From assembly GCA_964566225.1 (NCBI GenBank), contig CAZMHV010000003.1:6658-70657 (forward strand): 64,000 nucleotides of DNA. The letters run 5' to 3'. The notes under the pieces were generated by a model, which did no database searches, was not told the origin of the DNA, and saw nothing but the letters and a program-made list of their open reading frames with translations. Both the position numbers and the translations under genes were made by a program. Below are positions 1 to 9,598 of the stretch, piece after piece. The stretch's first letter is position 1. Each line of letters begins with the position of its first letter. The stretch is from an uncultured Gammaproteobacteria bacterium. Its GTDB lineage: Bacteria; Patescibacteriota; Patescibacteriia; Magasanikbacterales; UBA922.

Positions 1-531
1 GCACACAATGGAATGAAAGTTGGAGATACTGTTCTCTCATCACAAAATAAAGTAGAAGCAGCTCCTGGCAATCGTATGCCCCTTGAACATATTCCAGTTG
101 GTCTATTCATCTTCAATGTTGAATTGACTCCAGGAAAAGGTGGTCAGCTCGTTCGCGGTGCTGGTTCATCTGCACAACTTCAAGCAATTGAAGGAAAATA
201 TGCTCAAATTAAGTTGCCTTCTGGAGAAATGCGTTTGATTCTGAAAACCTGTTTAGCAACAATTGGTGTGGTAGGAAATTCAGATTACCGATTGGTTCGT
301 TACGGAAAAGCTGGACGTATGCGTTATCGTGGTATTCGTCCACGTGTAAAAGGAAAGAACATGAACCCTGTAGACCATCCACACGGTGGTGGTGAAGGAC
401 ACAGTCCAATTGGTCTTCGTGGAGGTCCAAAAACTCCATGGGGAAAGAAAGCAATGGGTGTAAAAACTCGTAATAAAACAAAGTGGAATAATCACATGAT
501 TGTCGAAAGACGTAAAGGAAAGAAAAAATAA
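1..531 (+). CDS. rplB: 50S ribosomal protein L2 (C-terminal part, 5' truncated by window)
   Basis: [13 protein letters not shown] motif; directly upstream of S19. Confidence 0.97.
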   Translation, partial: AHNGMKVGDTVLSSQNKVEAAPGNRMPLEHIPVGLFIFNVELTPGKGGQLVRGAGSSAQLQAIEGKYAQIKLPSGEMRLILKTCLATIGVVGNSDYRLVRYGKAGRMRYRGIRPRVKGKNMNPVDHPHGGGEGHSPIGLRGGPKTPWGKKAMGVKTRNKTKWNNHMIVERRKGKKK

Positions 532-540
532 TAATCACTT

Positions 541-861
541 ATGTCAAGAAGTTTAAAAAAAGGACCATACATTGATCCGAGACTCATGGAAAAAGTAGAA
601 AAAGCTTTGAAAGCAAATGATAAAAAAGCTATTCGTACTTGGGCTCGTCAATCAACAATTACTCCACAAATGGTTGGAATGAGTTTTGAAGTACATAACG
701 GAAAAAACTTTATTCCAGTATTTGTTGACGAAAACATGGTTGGTCATAAGCTGGGAGAATTTTCACCAACTCGTAAATTTATTCGTCACGGTGGAAAGAT
801 GGCCAAAGATCAGGCAAGTGGCGGATCAAGTAAACCAGCAGCACCCGCAGCGAAAAAGTAA
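541..861 (+). CDS. rpsS: 30S ribosomal protein S19
   Basis: [10 protein letters not shown]...[12 protein letters not shown]. Confidence 0.98.
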   Translation: MSRSLKKGPYIDPRLMEKVEKALKANDKKAIRTWARQSTITPQMVGMSFEVHNGKNFIPVFVDENMVGHKLGEFSPTRKFIRHGGKMAKDQASGGSSKPAAPAAKK

Positions 862-882
862 TAGTTAGTTCATCACTATTTT

Positions 883-1347
883 ATGAAAATGGAAACAACT
901 GCAAAACTGAGACAACTTCGAATGAGTCCACGTAAAGTGAGATTACTCACCGATTTGATTAAAGGAAAATCTGTAGAGCAGGCAATGATTCAGCTTGCTA
1001 TGCAAGCCAAAGATGCTGCACAACCTGTAAAAAAACTTTTGGCATCTGCTGTTGCCAATGCTGAACATAATCATGCGATTGATGCCGCAACATTGGTAGT
1101 GAAAAATGCTTTTGTTGACGGGGGTCCAGTATTGAAACGTTTCACCCCACGCGCTTTTGGAAGAGCTTCTGCTATTCATAAACGAACTTCTCATGTAACT
1201 TTGGTTCTTGAAGGTGAAGTTGATGAAAAAAAAGCAAAAGCAAAAACTGAAGTGAAAGAAGTAGAAAGTCACGAAGGTCATGATCATGTTCATGAAGAAG
1301 TGAAAGAAGTGAAAAAAACTACACGAAAAACAAAGAAAGCCGAATAA
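883..1347 (+). CDS. rplV: 50S ribosomal protein L22 with charged/His-rich C-terminal extension
   Basis: SPRKVRLL...SAVANAEHN...RAFGRA...KRTSHVT. Confidence 0.97.
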   Translation: MKMETTAKLRQLRMSPRKVRLLTDLIKGKSVEQAMIQLAMQAKDAAQPVKKLLASAVANAEHNHAIDAATLVVKNAFVDGGPVLKRFTPRAFGRASAIHKRTSHVTLVLEGEVDEKKAKAKTEVKEVESHEGHDHVHEEVKEVKKTTRKTKKAE

Positions 1348-1372
1348 TTTAGAAATTTGAAATTTTCTCCGT

Positions 1373-2059
1373 ATGGGTCATAAAGTCCATCCAAAAATTC
1401 ACAGAATGCAGGTTATTTCCAGTTGGGACTCACGTTGGTTCTCACAAAATAATTATGCTTTGTTTGCCAAGCAAGATTTGGCTGTGAGAAAATATTTGCT
1501 CAAAAAGTTCAAAGAAGCAAATATTGACTCTATGAGTATTGAACGCGGTCCAAAAAATATGACCGTAACGATTCTTGCTGCTAAGCCAGGCTTTATTATT
1601 GGAAGAAGTGGACAAGGACTTGATGCTGTGAGAAAATATATTGAAACCAAGATTTTACAAATGACCTTGAAAGTAAAACTTCAAGTACGAGAACTTCGTT
1701 CTCCAGCACTTTCTGCGATGGTCGTTGCCCAAACATTGGCAGCCGAAACAGAAAGACGTGTTCCATTTAGACGTCTTATGAAACAGACCATTGAACGCGT
1801 CATGAAAGCTGGTGGAAAGGGAGTAAAAATCCGCATGTCTGGACGTTTGAATGGTGTTGAAATCGCTCGTACAGAAAAACTTGCTGTCGGAAAAGTTCCT
1901 CTTATTACTCTTCGTAGTGATGTTGACTATGCTAATGTGACTGCTCATACTTTGTATGGAGCCATTGGTATCAAGGTTTGGATCTACCATGGAGAAGTAT
2001 TTGGAAGAAAAGATAAATTCGCAGATGCAAATGTAACTACTGAAAAAAGTAAAGAATAA
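1373..2059 (+). CDS. rpsC: 30S ribosomal protein S3
   Basis: MGHKVHP...GRLNGVEIAR...GAIGIKVWI. Confidence 0.98.
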   Translation: MGHKVHPKIHRMQVISSWDSRWFSQNNYALFAKQDLAVRKYLLKKFKEANIDSMSIERGPKNMTVTILAAKPGFIIGRSGQGLDAVRKYIETKILQMTLKVKLQVRELRSPALSAMVVAQTLAAETERRVPFRRLMKQTIERVMKAGGKGVKIRMSGRLNGVEIARTEKLAVGKVPLITLRSDVDYANVTAHTLYGAIGIKVWIYHGEVFGRKDKFADANVTTEKSKE

Positions 2060-2070
2060 TGGCTTTGAGC

Positions 2071-2082
2071 ATAAGTGTTCCC
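2071..2082 (+). repeat. 12-mer ATAAGTGTTCCC upstream of rplP (copy 1; copy 2 at 3389-3400 upstream of rplX)
   Basis: Exact repeat in two intergenic regions, each preceded by GGCTTT-N4 and followed closely by ATG. Confidence 0.6.
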
Positions 2083-2086
2083 TTAT

Positions 2087-2500
2087 ATGTTATTACCAAA
2101 AAAAGTAAAACACAGAAAATGGCATAGACTTGGCAAACGTCATGTTGGTGTCGCAACTCGTCTTAACACTGTGGCCTTTGGCCAATTTGGTTTGATGAGT
2201 GAAGACCACGCATGGGTTTCAAGTCGCCAAATTGAAGCAGCACGTCGTGTGCTCACCCGTTATATTAAACGTGGTGGAAAAGTATGGATTCGCGTTTTTC
2301 CAGACCGACCAGTTACCAAAAAAGGTTCTGAAGTTCCTATGGGTGGAGGAAAAGGTGCGCCAGATTTCTTTGTTTGTACGGTAAAACCAGGAACAGTATT
2401 ATTTGAAATGAGTGGTATCACTGAAGACCAAGCAAAAGAAGCACTTATCAATGCTTCACACAAATTGCCTCTTCGTGGAAAATTTTTGAACCGTGTTTAG
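2087..2500 (+). CDS. rplP: 50S ribosomal protein L16
   Basis: MLLPKKVKHRK...GKVWIRVFPD...MGGGKG; start placed at ATG 2087. Confidence 0.97.
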   Translation: MLLPKKVKHRKWHRLGKRHVGVATRLNTVAFGQFGLMSEDHAWVSSRQIEAARRVLTRYIKRGGKVWIRVFPDRPVTKKGSEVPMGGGKGAPDFFVCTVKPGTVLFEMSGITEDQAKEALINASHKLPLRGKFLNRV

Positions 2501-2514
2501 TTTCTCACTTTACT

Positions 2515-2688
2515 ATGCAATTCGCAGATTTAAAAGACAAATCAAAAGAAGAACTCAAAGAACTCTTGAGTGAAAAAAAACAACAGCTTCAAGCGTTGAA
2601 GTTTAAAGTGAGTGAAGCTCAGCTCAAGCAAATTCATTTGATCAAACAAATCCGTCAAGAAATTGCGTGGATTCAAACTTTGCTCTAA
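2515..2688 (+). CDS. rpmC: 50S ribosomal protein L29 (57 aa, not in ORF track)
   Basis: Hand translation MQFADLKDKSKEELKELLSEKKQQLQALKF...IKQIRQEIAWIQTLL; between L16 and S17. Confidence 0.93.
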   Translation: MQFADLKDKSKEELKELLSEKKQQLQALKFKVSEAQLKQIHLIKQIRQEIAWIQTLL

Positions 2689-2714
2689 AATATATCCGAA
2701 TCACTAATAATGAT

Positions 2715-2984
2715 ATGAACAAACAGTCAACCGTACAATCAGCTCCTCAAGTCTTGAAACGTCAGTTTACAGGAGTAGTTTTAAGTGCAAAAGAGCAAAA
2801 AACGATCCATGTAAATGTGAAGACTATCAAAATGGACGCAAAATATAGAAAACAATATTCAACGTCAAAAAAGTTTGCTGTTCACGATGAAAAAGGAACT
2901 GCAAAAGCAGGGGACACCGTTGTTTTTGAAGAATGTCGCCCATTAAGTAAAACAAAGCGTTGGAGAGTAATTCAAGTAATGTAA
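2715..2984 (+). CDS. rpsQ: 30S ribosomal protein S17
   Basis: HDE...[18 protein letters not shown]; start placed at ATG 2715. Confidence 0.96.
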   Translation: MNKQSTVQSAPQVLKRQFTGVVLSAKEQKTIHVNVKTIKMDAKYRKQYSTSKKFAVHDEKGTAKAGDTVVFEECRPLSKTKRWRVIQVM

Positions 2985-3006
2985 CCCGACGTATAGCTAC
3001 CTATAT

Positions 3007-3378
3007 ATGATTCAGCATCGAACCATGTTACAAGTTGGAGATAATTCAGGAGCAAAAAAACTCCAGTGTTTGCGCGTGCTTGGTGGATACCAAAAACGTT
3101 ATGCTCGCATTGGTGATATTATTACTTGCTCTGTAAAAGAGGCTGCTCCACGTGGAATGGTAAAAAAAGGTGAAGTTATTCACGCTGTTGTTGTCCGCCA
3201 AAAGAAAGAAATGCGCCGTAAAGACGGAACCTATATTCGTTTTGATGAAAATGCAGCGGTTATTATTGATCAAAAAACAAAAGAACCAAAAGGTACTCGT
3301 ATTTTTGGACCGGTTGCTCGTGAGCTTCGTTCTCAGGGTTACCAAAAAATTATTTCTTTAGCGCCAGAAGTACTCTAA
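3007..3378 (+). CDS. rplN: 50S ribosomal protein L14
   Basis: DNSGAK...IRFDENAAV...[12 protein letters not shown]...SLAPEVL. Confidence 0.98.
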   Translation: MIQHRTMLQVGDNSGAKKLQCLRVLGGYQKRYARIGDIITCSVKEAAPRGMVKKGEVIHAVVVRQKKEMRRKDGTYIRFDENAAVIIDQKTKEPKGTRIFGPVARELRSQGYQKIISLAPEVL

Positions 3379-3388
3379 GGCTTTTCCT

Positions 3389-3400
3389 ATAAGTGTTCCC
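3389..3400 (+). repeat. 12-mer ATAAGTGTTCCC upstream of rplX (copy 2)
   Basis: Identical to 2071-2082. Confidence 0.6.
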
Positions 3401-3402
3401 AT

Positions 3403-3726
3403 ATGAAAATAAAAACAGGTGACAAAGTAAAAGTAATTGCTGGAAGAAAAGAGAACCAAGGAAAGACTGGTAAGGTTCTTCAGATTTTAAAAAATGAAAG
3501 TAAAAATCAGGCATATGTGGTAGTTGAAGGTGTAAACCTTCGCAAAAAGCACCTTCGTTCACGCCGTGCTGGTGAAAAAGGTCAAACCATTGAGCTTGCA
3601 AGTCCTATCCATATTAGTAACGTGATGCTTATTGATCCTAAATCAGATAAACCAACTCGCGTTGGATATAAAATCGAAGGAGACAAAAAAGTTCGTGTTG
3701 CGAAAGTTTCTGGAGAAATAATCTAA
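3403..3726 (+). CDS. rplX: 50S ribosomal protein L24
   Basis: KIKTGDKVKVIAG...VVEGVN...PIHISNV. Confidence 0.97.
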   Translation: MKIKTGDKVKVIAGRKENQGKTGKVLQILKNESKNQAYVVVEGVNLRKKHLRSRRAGEKGQTIELASPIHISNVMLIDPKSDKPTRVGYKIEGDKKVRVAKVSGEII

Positions 3727-3731
3727 TACCT

Positions 3732-4277
3732 ATGGAATCCGCTTTATATACACATTATAAAAAAACCGTTGTACCAGCTTTGAAAACAGAGTTTGGTTTC
3801 AAAAACATCATGCAGGTACCAAAAGTGACCAAGGTTGTTTTGAACGTTGGATATGGACGTCATGCCAAAGAAGGCGCATATATTGAAAATGTTGAAAAGA
3901 CATTGACAGCCATTAGTGGTCAAAAACCAGTCCACAACAAAGCCAAAAAAGCTATTTCAAACTTTAAAACACGTTTGGGAATGGATATTGGTATGTCTGT
4001 GACACTTCGTGGACCACGTATGTACGAATTTTTATACCGTTTGATTCACATTACTTTTCCTCGTGTTCGTGATTTTCGTGGACTTACTCTGACTGGATTT
4101 GATAAACAAGGAAATTTCACTGTTGGATTTAAAGAAAACATTGCATTTCCTGAATCACGTATTGAAACACCAGATAAGATTCATGGACTGCAAGTAGTTG
4201 TTTCTACCACTGCAAGTAATAAAGCCGAAGGTGTGGCTCTCCTCAAACAACTTGGATTTCCTTTTAAAGATAAATAG
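3732..4277 (+). CDS. rplE: 50S ribosomal protein L5
   Basis: MQVPKVTKVVLNVG...GQKP...VTLRG...PRVRDFRG. Confidence 0.98.
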   Translation: MESALYTHYKKTVVPALKTEFGFKNIMQVPKVTKVVLNVGYGRHAKEGAYIENVEKTLTAISGQKPVHNKAKKAISNFKTRLGMDIGMSVTLRGPRMYEFLYRLIHITFPRVRDFRGLTLTGFDKQGNFTVGFKENIAFPESRIETPDKIHGLQVVVSTTASNKAEGVALLKQLGFPFKDK

Positions 4278-4282
4278 AAGTT

Positions 4283-4468
4283 ATGGCTACTCAAGGACAA
4301 ATTGCAAAATCAAATAGAAAACCAAAATTTAGTACTCGTATAGTTCGACGATGTTTTCGTTGTGGTCGTCGACGTGGGTTCATGAGACATTTTCAGCTGT
4401 GTCGTATTTGTTTTCGTGAACTTGCCAACAGTGGGATGCTCCCTGGTGTACGAAAATCAAGTTGGTAA
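4283..4468 (+). CDS. rpsZ: 30S ribosomal protein S14, short Zn-binding type
   Basis: 61 aa, RCFRCGR...LCRICFRE...PGVRKSSW. Confidence 0.96.
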   Translation: MATQGQIAKSNRKPKFSTRIVRRCFRCGRRRGFMRHFQLCRICFRELANSGMLPGVRKSSW

Positions 4469-4524
4469 TTAAACTATTTACTATTTAATAATAGAAATCA
4501 AAAGTTAAATAAAGTATTAATCTT

Positions 4525-4914
4525 ATGATGACGGATCCAATTGCAGACATGCTTACCCGTATTCGAAACGCTCAGGCTTCACGCAAGCGTTCTCTTGAGA
4601 TTCCTTTTTCAAAATTAAAAATGAAAATTGCGGAAATTTTGAAAAAAGAAGGTTTTATCGGAGAAATCAGTAAAACAGAAGCAATGCCTGCAATGCTTGT
4701 GGTTGAACTTAAGTATAGTGGAAAGATTCCTGCTATTCAGGCTATTAAACGTGAAAGTAAACCAGGACACCGCATGTATCGAAAAGCTGAAGAAATGCCA
4801 AATATTTTGAATGGCTATGGTTTGGCTATTGTTTCTACTTCAGAAGGATTAATGACTGGTAAAGAAGCCAAGAAAAAAGGTATCGGTGGTGAAGTTATTT
4901 GTTCTGTATATTAA
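4525..4914 (+). CDS. rpsH: 30S ribosomal protein S8
   Basis: MTDPIADMLTRIRNA...GIGGEVIC. Confidence 0.98.
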   Translation: MMTDPIADMLTRIRNAQASRKRSLEIPFSKLKMKIAEILKKEGFIGEISKTEAMPAMLVVELKYSGKIPAIQAIKRESKPGHRMYRKAEEMPNILNGYGLAIVSTSEGLMTGKEAKKKGIGGEVICSVY

Positions 4915-4922
4915 AATTTTGT

Positions 4923-5459
4923 ATGTCACGTATTGGAAAAAAGACAATTCAAATTCCTGCGGGAGTTACCATGGAACAAAAAGATAAAGTGGTAACCGTA
5001 AAAGGTCCAAAAGGTACATTGACTCGTGTAGTAAGTCCTTTGGTCACTGTGAATATTGCTGGTTCTGAAGCGACTGTTGATGTTGTGAATAAAGAAGATA
5101 AAAAAGAACGATCACTCTGGGGAACTTTTGCTGCCCACCTTCAAAATATGGTAGAAGGAGTTACTCAAGGTTTCAAAAAACAACTTGAAGTAAATGGAGT
5201 AGGTTACCGTGTTGCTATGCAAGGAAAAGATTTGAAGCTCGAACTCGGATTTTCTCACTCTGTGGTATTCAAAATTCCAGAAGGAATGACTGCTTCAGTA
5301 GAAAAGAATATGATTACACTTGAAAGTAGTAATATTGAATTACTTGGACAAACCGCTTCTGAAATTCGATCACTTCGTAAACCTGAACCATATAAAGGAA
5401 AAGGAATTAAATACGCTGAAGAAGTAATCCGTCGCAAGGCAGGAAAAACTGCAAAATAG
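4923..5459 (+). CDS. rplF: 50S ribosomal protein L6
   Basis: MSRIGKK...RKPEPYKGKGIKY; start placed at ATG 4923. Confidence 0.98.
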   Translation: MSRIGKKTIQIPAGVTMEQKDKVVTVKGPKGTLTRVVSPLVTVNIAGSEATVDVVNKEDKKERSLWGTFAAHLQNMVEGVTQGFKKQLEVNGVGYRVAMQGKDLKLELGFSHSVVFKIPEGMTASVEKNMITLESSNIELLGQTASEIRSLRKPEPYKGKGIKYAEEVIRRKAGKTAK

Positions 5460-5495
5460 TAGTTTGACGAGATCACCCTAAAATACTATATTATT

Positions 5496-5870
5496 ATGAG
5501 TAAAGTAACTCTCACAAAACAAGACAAAAGAAACAGACGACGTAATCGCGTTCGTAAAGTTGTAATTGGAAGCATGATTCGTCCACGTTTGAATGTATTT
5601 CGCTCTTTGCGAGGTATGTTTGCGCAAATTATTGATGATAACACCAGTAAAACATTGGTGAGTGTTCACTCAAAATCTGACGCAGCGTCAGGAGATGCAG
5701 GAGAACGATCTGGAAAAGTTGCTGTGAGTTACAAATTAGGACTTCGTCTTGCTGAAAAAGCTAAAGAAAAAGGAATTACTGCCGTTGTTTTTGATCGAGC
5801 GGGCTACCGTTTTCACGGTCGTGTGAAAGCTGTTGCCGATGGGGCTCGCGATGGCGGACTTCAATTTTAA
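5496..5870 (+). CDS. rplR: 50S ribosomal protein L18
   Basis: RPRLNVFRS...VVFDRAGYRFHGRVKAVADGAR. Confidence 0.98.
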   Translation: MSKVTLTKQDKRNRRRNRVRKVVIGSMIRPRLNVFRSLRGMFAQIIDDNTSKTLVSVHSKSDAASGDAGERSGKVAVSYKLGLRLAEKAKEKGITAVVFDRAGYRFHGRVKAVADGARDGGLQF

Positions 5871-5905
5871 TGTTACTTAGAGCATTCCATTAACTTAACA
5901 TCTGT

Positions 5906-6556
5906 ATGCAAGGTAAAGGAAAAGGTAATAAAATGAAACCAAAAAAAGAACGACCTGAGTTTGATCAGCATATTGTTGATTTGGCTCGTGTTACTCGTGT
6001 GACCGAAGGTGGAAAACATTTAAGTTTTCGTGCCTGTGTGGTTATCGGAGACCGCAATGGTCGTGTTGGATTTGGTGTTGAAAAAGGACCAGATGTGCAG
6101 ATTGCTGTGGAAAAAGCAGTGAACCAAGCAAAAAAGAACATTATTCGTGTTCCTCTTGTAAGTGAATCAATCCCACATCGTGTGGAAGCCAAATATAAAG
6201 CAGCCAAAGTAATGCTCAAACCAGCTCCAAAAGGTTCTGGAGTTATTGCTGGAAGTGCGATTCGTGTTATTTTGGAAATGGCTGGTGTACCAAATGCATC
6301 TTCAAAAATGCTTGGAAAAACCAGTAATAAAATTGCCAATGTAAAAGCCGTTTTTCAAGCATTACAATCATTTAATTACCGATCACTCAATGGACGCAAG
6401 CAAAAAGAAAGAGTTGATGCTGATGTAACTGTTCCAGAAGAAAAAGTAGAAGCTTTGAAAGCAAAGACCGGTATTCAAGATGATGCTCCTCAAGCAAAGA
6501 CAGCTGCTAAACCAGCAGCTCGTACTGTGCGAAAGGCAGCTCCCAAAAAAGCCTAA
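5906..6556 (+). CDS. rpsE: 30S ribosomal protein S5 with C-terminal extension
   Basis: RVTRVTEGGK...VVIGD..GRVG...PAPKGSGVIAG. Confidence 0.97.
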   Translation: MQGKGKGNKMKPKKERPEFDQHIVDLARVTRVTEGGKHLSFRACVVIGDRNGRVGFGVEKGPDVQIAVEKAVNQAKKNIIRVPLVSESIPHRVEAKYKAAKVMLKPAPKGSGVIAGSAIRVILEMAGVPNASSKMLGKTSNKIANVKAVFQALQSFNYRSLNGRKQKERVDADVTVPEEKVEALKAKTGIQDDAPQAKTAAKPAARTVRKAAPKKA

Positions 6557-6565
6557 TAGATTTTT

Positions 6566-7006
6566 ATGGAATTAACACCTCACACAATTAAAAGTTCAAA
6601 GGGATCAAAACGCAGTAGTAAACGCGTTGGACGTGGTGGCGGTTCAGGTAAAGGAACCACTGCAGCTCGTGGACAAAAAGGTCAACGTGCTCGTTCTGGC
6701 GGTACTCGTGGTATTGCGCGTCGTGCTCTCAAAGCAAATATTCAAAAAGTTCCAAAACTCCGTGGTTTCCGCAGTATGTATGCTAAACCTGAAACGGTTA
6801 CTTTGACTACTCTCAATGCTAAATTTACTGACGGAGATGTAGTAACTCCAACTATTTTGAAGCAAAAGAAATTGATTCAAGGTAACAAAGCAGTAAAAGT
6901 ACTTGCTTCTGGACAGCTCACCAAAAAAATAACTATCAAAGGATGTTTGACTACCAAAAAAGTAGCAGAAATCGTTGAAAAAGTTGGTGGAAAAGTAGTA
7001 TTCTAA
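6566..7006 (+). CDS. rplO: 50S ribosomal protein L15
   Basis: KRVGRGGGSGKGTTAARGQKGQRARSG. Confidence 0.97.
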   Translation: MELTPHTIKSSKGSKRSSKRVGRGGGSGKGTTAARGQKGQRARSGGTRGIARRALKANIQKVPKLRGFRSMYAKPETVTLTTLNAKFTDGDVVTPTILKQKKLIQGNKAVKVLASGQLTKKITIKGCLTTKKVAEIVEKVGGKVVF

Positions 7007-7029
7007 ATATTGTCTTATTCTATAATTGC

Positions 7030-7104
7030 AATCCGAATCTGTCTCATGGCAGACAGGCCTACACAGTGAGTCTGTCAGGTATGAGAAAGATTCGGATTTT
7101 TTTT
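7030..7104 (+). promoter_or_regulatory. Long imperfect hairpin plus T-run between rplO and secY (terminator/attenuator-like)
   Basis: AATCCGAATCT/AGATTCGGATT, TCTCAT/ATGAGA and GACAGGC/GTCTGTC stems followed by a T-run. Confidence 0.55.
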
Positions 7105-7133
7105 CGGAAAATTTACGCAGTAACTTTAACACT

Positions 7134-8405
7134 ATGTTAGAAAAATTTGAAAGAATTTGGAAAATAAAAGATATTCGTAATAGTATTTTATTTGTCCTTG
7201 GAATGCTTTTTATTTTTCGTGTGGCAGCACATATTCCTGTCCCAGGAATTAATGTACAAAATTTACAGAAGTTTTTGGAAGGTAACCAAGTACTTGGACT
7301 CCTCAATATTTTTTCTGGTGGCACATTACAAAATTTTTCTGTTGTGATGCTTGGCGTTGCTCCATATATCACCGCTTCAATTATTTTTCAATTGTTGCAA
7401 ATGGTAATTCCTTCATTTGAAGAAATGGCCAAAGAAGGTGAGTCAGGAAAACAAAAAATTCAAATGTACACTCGTATTGCTGCAGTGCCACTCGCATTTT
7501 TGCAAGCTTTTGGTTTGATTCAGTTGCTCCGTACCTCTCAACTCAATATCTTACCAGATTTGAATACCTTTGGTTTTGTGACTATTATGCTCACTGCTGC
7601 TGCGGGAACGATTTTCCTTATGTGGATTGGTGAACTTATTACTGAAAGAAAACTCGGAAACGGTTTGTCACTGCTTATTTTTGCTGGTATCGTTGCTGCA
7701 TTGCCAAGTGCTGTTCAGCAAATTATTTTGAACTATAACCCATCAGATTTGTTGACTTACGTTTTCTTTGCACTTATTATCATTGTAACAGTCGTTGGTG
7801 TTGTCGTTATTAGTGAAGGACAACGAAATATTCCTGTACAGTATGCCAAACAAGCTATTGGATCACGAAGATTTTCTGGTGCAAATTCAACATTGCCACT
7901 TCGTATCAATATGGCTGGCGTGATTCCAATTATCTTTGCGGTTTCGCTTATTTTATTCCCATCCATGATTGCTCAGTTTTTTGTGAACAAACCTGGAATG
8001 CTTGGACAGATTGCACAAGAAACCATTCGTTTGTTTCAAAATCAGTGGTTTTATGGAATTTTGTATTTTCTCTTGGTATTTGGCTTTACCTACTTTTATA
8101 CTGCTGTGGTATTTCAACCAGAAAAAATTGCAGAGAACTTACAAAAGCAGGGTGGCTATATTCCAGGTATTCGTCCTGGAAAAGAAACTGAACAGTATTT
8201 GAGTAAAATCATGGGTCGTCTTATTTTGACTGGTGCGCTTTTCTTGGGTCTTATTGCTATATTACCTTTGGTCTTACAAGGAATTACTGGAACTCAGTCA
8301 CTTGCTGTGGGTGGTACGAGTCTTCTCATTTTGGTGAGTGTCGCTATTGAAACCACCAAACAAATTGATGCACAACTTACTGTGCATGAATACGATCGAG
8401 CCTAA
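7134..8405 (+). CDS. secY: Preprotein translocase subunit SecY
   Basis: LGVAPYITASII, WIGELIT..LGNGLSL, AGVIPIIFA, IPGIRPG, GGTSLLI; start placed at ATG 7134. Confidence 0.97.
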   Translation: MLEKFERIWKIKDIRNSILFVLGMLFIFRVAAHIPVPGINVQNLQKFLEGNQVLGLLNIFSGGTLQNFSVVMLGVAPYITASIIFQLLQMVIPSFEEMAKEGESGKQKIQMYTRIAAVPLAFLQAFGLIQLLRTSQLNILPDLNTFGFVTIMLTAAAGTIFLMWIGELITERKLGNGLSLLIFAGIVAALPSAVQQIILNYNPSDLLTYVFFALIIIVTVVGVVVISEGQRNIPVQYAKQAIGSRRFSGANSTLPLRINMAGVIPIIFAVSLILFPSMIAQFFVNKPGMLGQIAQETIRLFQNQWFYGILYFLLVFGFTYFYTAVVFQPEKIAENLQKQGGYIPGIRPGKETEQYLSKIMGRLILTGALFLGLIAILPLVLQGITGTQSLAVGGTSLLILVSVAIETTKQIDAQLTVHEYDRA

Positions 8406-8429
8406 GATTTTTGGTTCAAAAATATTTTC

Positions 8430-8465
8430 AAGATCCCGCCTCGTTTTTTACGGGCGGGATTTCTT
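8430..8465 (+). terminator. Intrinsic terminator after secY
   Basis: ATCCCGCC...GGCGGGAT stem followed by TTCTT. Confidence 0.6.
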
Positions 8466-8529
8466 GTCAGAGAGGATGTTTTTTGTTATAGTGATTACGT
8501 TGAAAGCTTCTTTGAATTAATTTTTTTGT

Positions 8530-8829
8530 ATGTCTACATTTAACGATGTCATGAGTTCACTCTTTGGTGGAAACAGTTATTCTACTACTCCTCGAACTTT
8601 GTCAGAAAGTGAAATTCGAACGCTTATCTCTGAAACTAGAATCTCTTCACTTTCTCAAAAAGAAGTGGCTATTGTAGAAGATGCTTTGGTCCATGGAAGA
8701 AATGGAAGTATGATTTCACTTTCCAAAATTGATCAAATACTGAGGCATTTGGAACAAACAAGACAAATTACTCGTTATGACCGTGATAGTGTAATGAAAG
8801 TTTTTAAGAGTCACATGGGAACTCGATAA
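8530..8829 (+). CDS. Hypothetical protein (99 aa) between secY and adk
   Basis: Clean ORF with host-like start context; no family recognised. Confidence 0.7.
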   Translation: MSTFNDVMSSLFGGNSYSTTPRTLSESEIRTLISETRISSLSQKEVAIVEDALVHGRNGSMISLSKIDQILRHLEQTRQITRYDRDSVMKVFKSHMGTR

Positions 8830-8839
8830 TTTTATTTTT

Positions 8840-9508
8840 ATGAATGAACAAATTATTATTCTTCTTGGAGTACCCGGCAGTGGTAAAGGAACCCAAGCCA
8901 AGCGACTCCATGACCAGTATGGTTTTGCACACATTTCAAGTGGTGACTTGCTCCGCGCACTGGATGCGAACCCAGATGCTGACCCAGCGCTCAAAGCAAA
9001 GTTAGCAGACATGAAAGCGGGAAAACTCGTTGCCAGTGACTTAATTTATCAACTGGTGTTTGCTGAAATTGAAAAGCAAGTTGCTGATGGAAAAAATATT
9101 GTGCTTGATGGTGCCGTACGAAGTGTTGATCAGGCCCAGGCTTTTGATGCATTTTTTGCACAAAAGAATTTGACCGATCGTGTGCGTGTAGTGGAATTTA
9201 CCATGCCTGATGATTTGAGTTTGCTTCGTCTCACCAAGCGAAAAAACTGCAGTCAGTGTGGACACATTATTTCTTATAGTCCAGAGAATGATGCCAAGAC
9301 TATTTGTGAAAAGTGTGGCGGAGCTTTGGTCGTTCGATCTGATGATACTCCAGAAATTGCCATGAAGCGCATTGCAGAGCAGGGGAATGCTGTAGTGGCG
9401 CCTGTGCGTGCCTACTATCAGCAAGCTGGAAATTATATTGCTGTAGATGCCGTGCAAGATATTGATGGCATGGAACGGGATTTGGTAAGAGAACTTCACC
9501 TTGCTTAA
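8840..9508 (+). CDS. adk: Adenylate kinase with Zn-binding lid
   Basis: GVPGSGKGTQA P-loop, HISSGDLLR, CSQC...CEKC lid, RSDD. Confidence 0.95.
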   Translation: MNEQIIILLGVPGSGKGTQAKRLHDQYGFAHISSGDLLRALDANPDADPALKAKLADMKAGKLVASDLIYQLVFAEIEKQVADGKNIVLDGAVRSVDQAQAFDAFFAQKNLTDRVRVVEFTMPDDLSLLRLTKRKNCSQCGHIISYSPENDAKTICEKCGGALVVRSDDTPEIAMKRIAEQGNAVVAPVRAYYQQAGNYIAVDAVQDIDGMERDLVRELHLA

Positions 9509-9598
9509 TTTGGTATAAACCACAAAAGTTAGCTTAAAATAGCTAATTTTTGTTTTTTCACTCTTGATTTTCCTGTATATTTTGATAGACTTACCTAT

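Noticed and set aside
7026-7133. N-terminal extension of SecY in the ORF track
   Set aside because: Runs through the intergenic hairpin; ATG 7134 gives a normal SecY start
6644-7372. 242-aa minus-strand ORF
   Set aside because: Antisense shadow of rplO and secY
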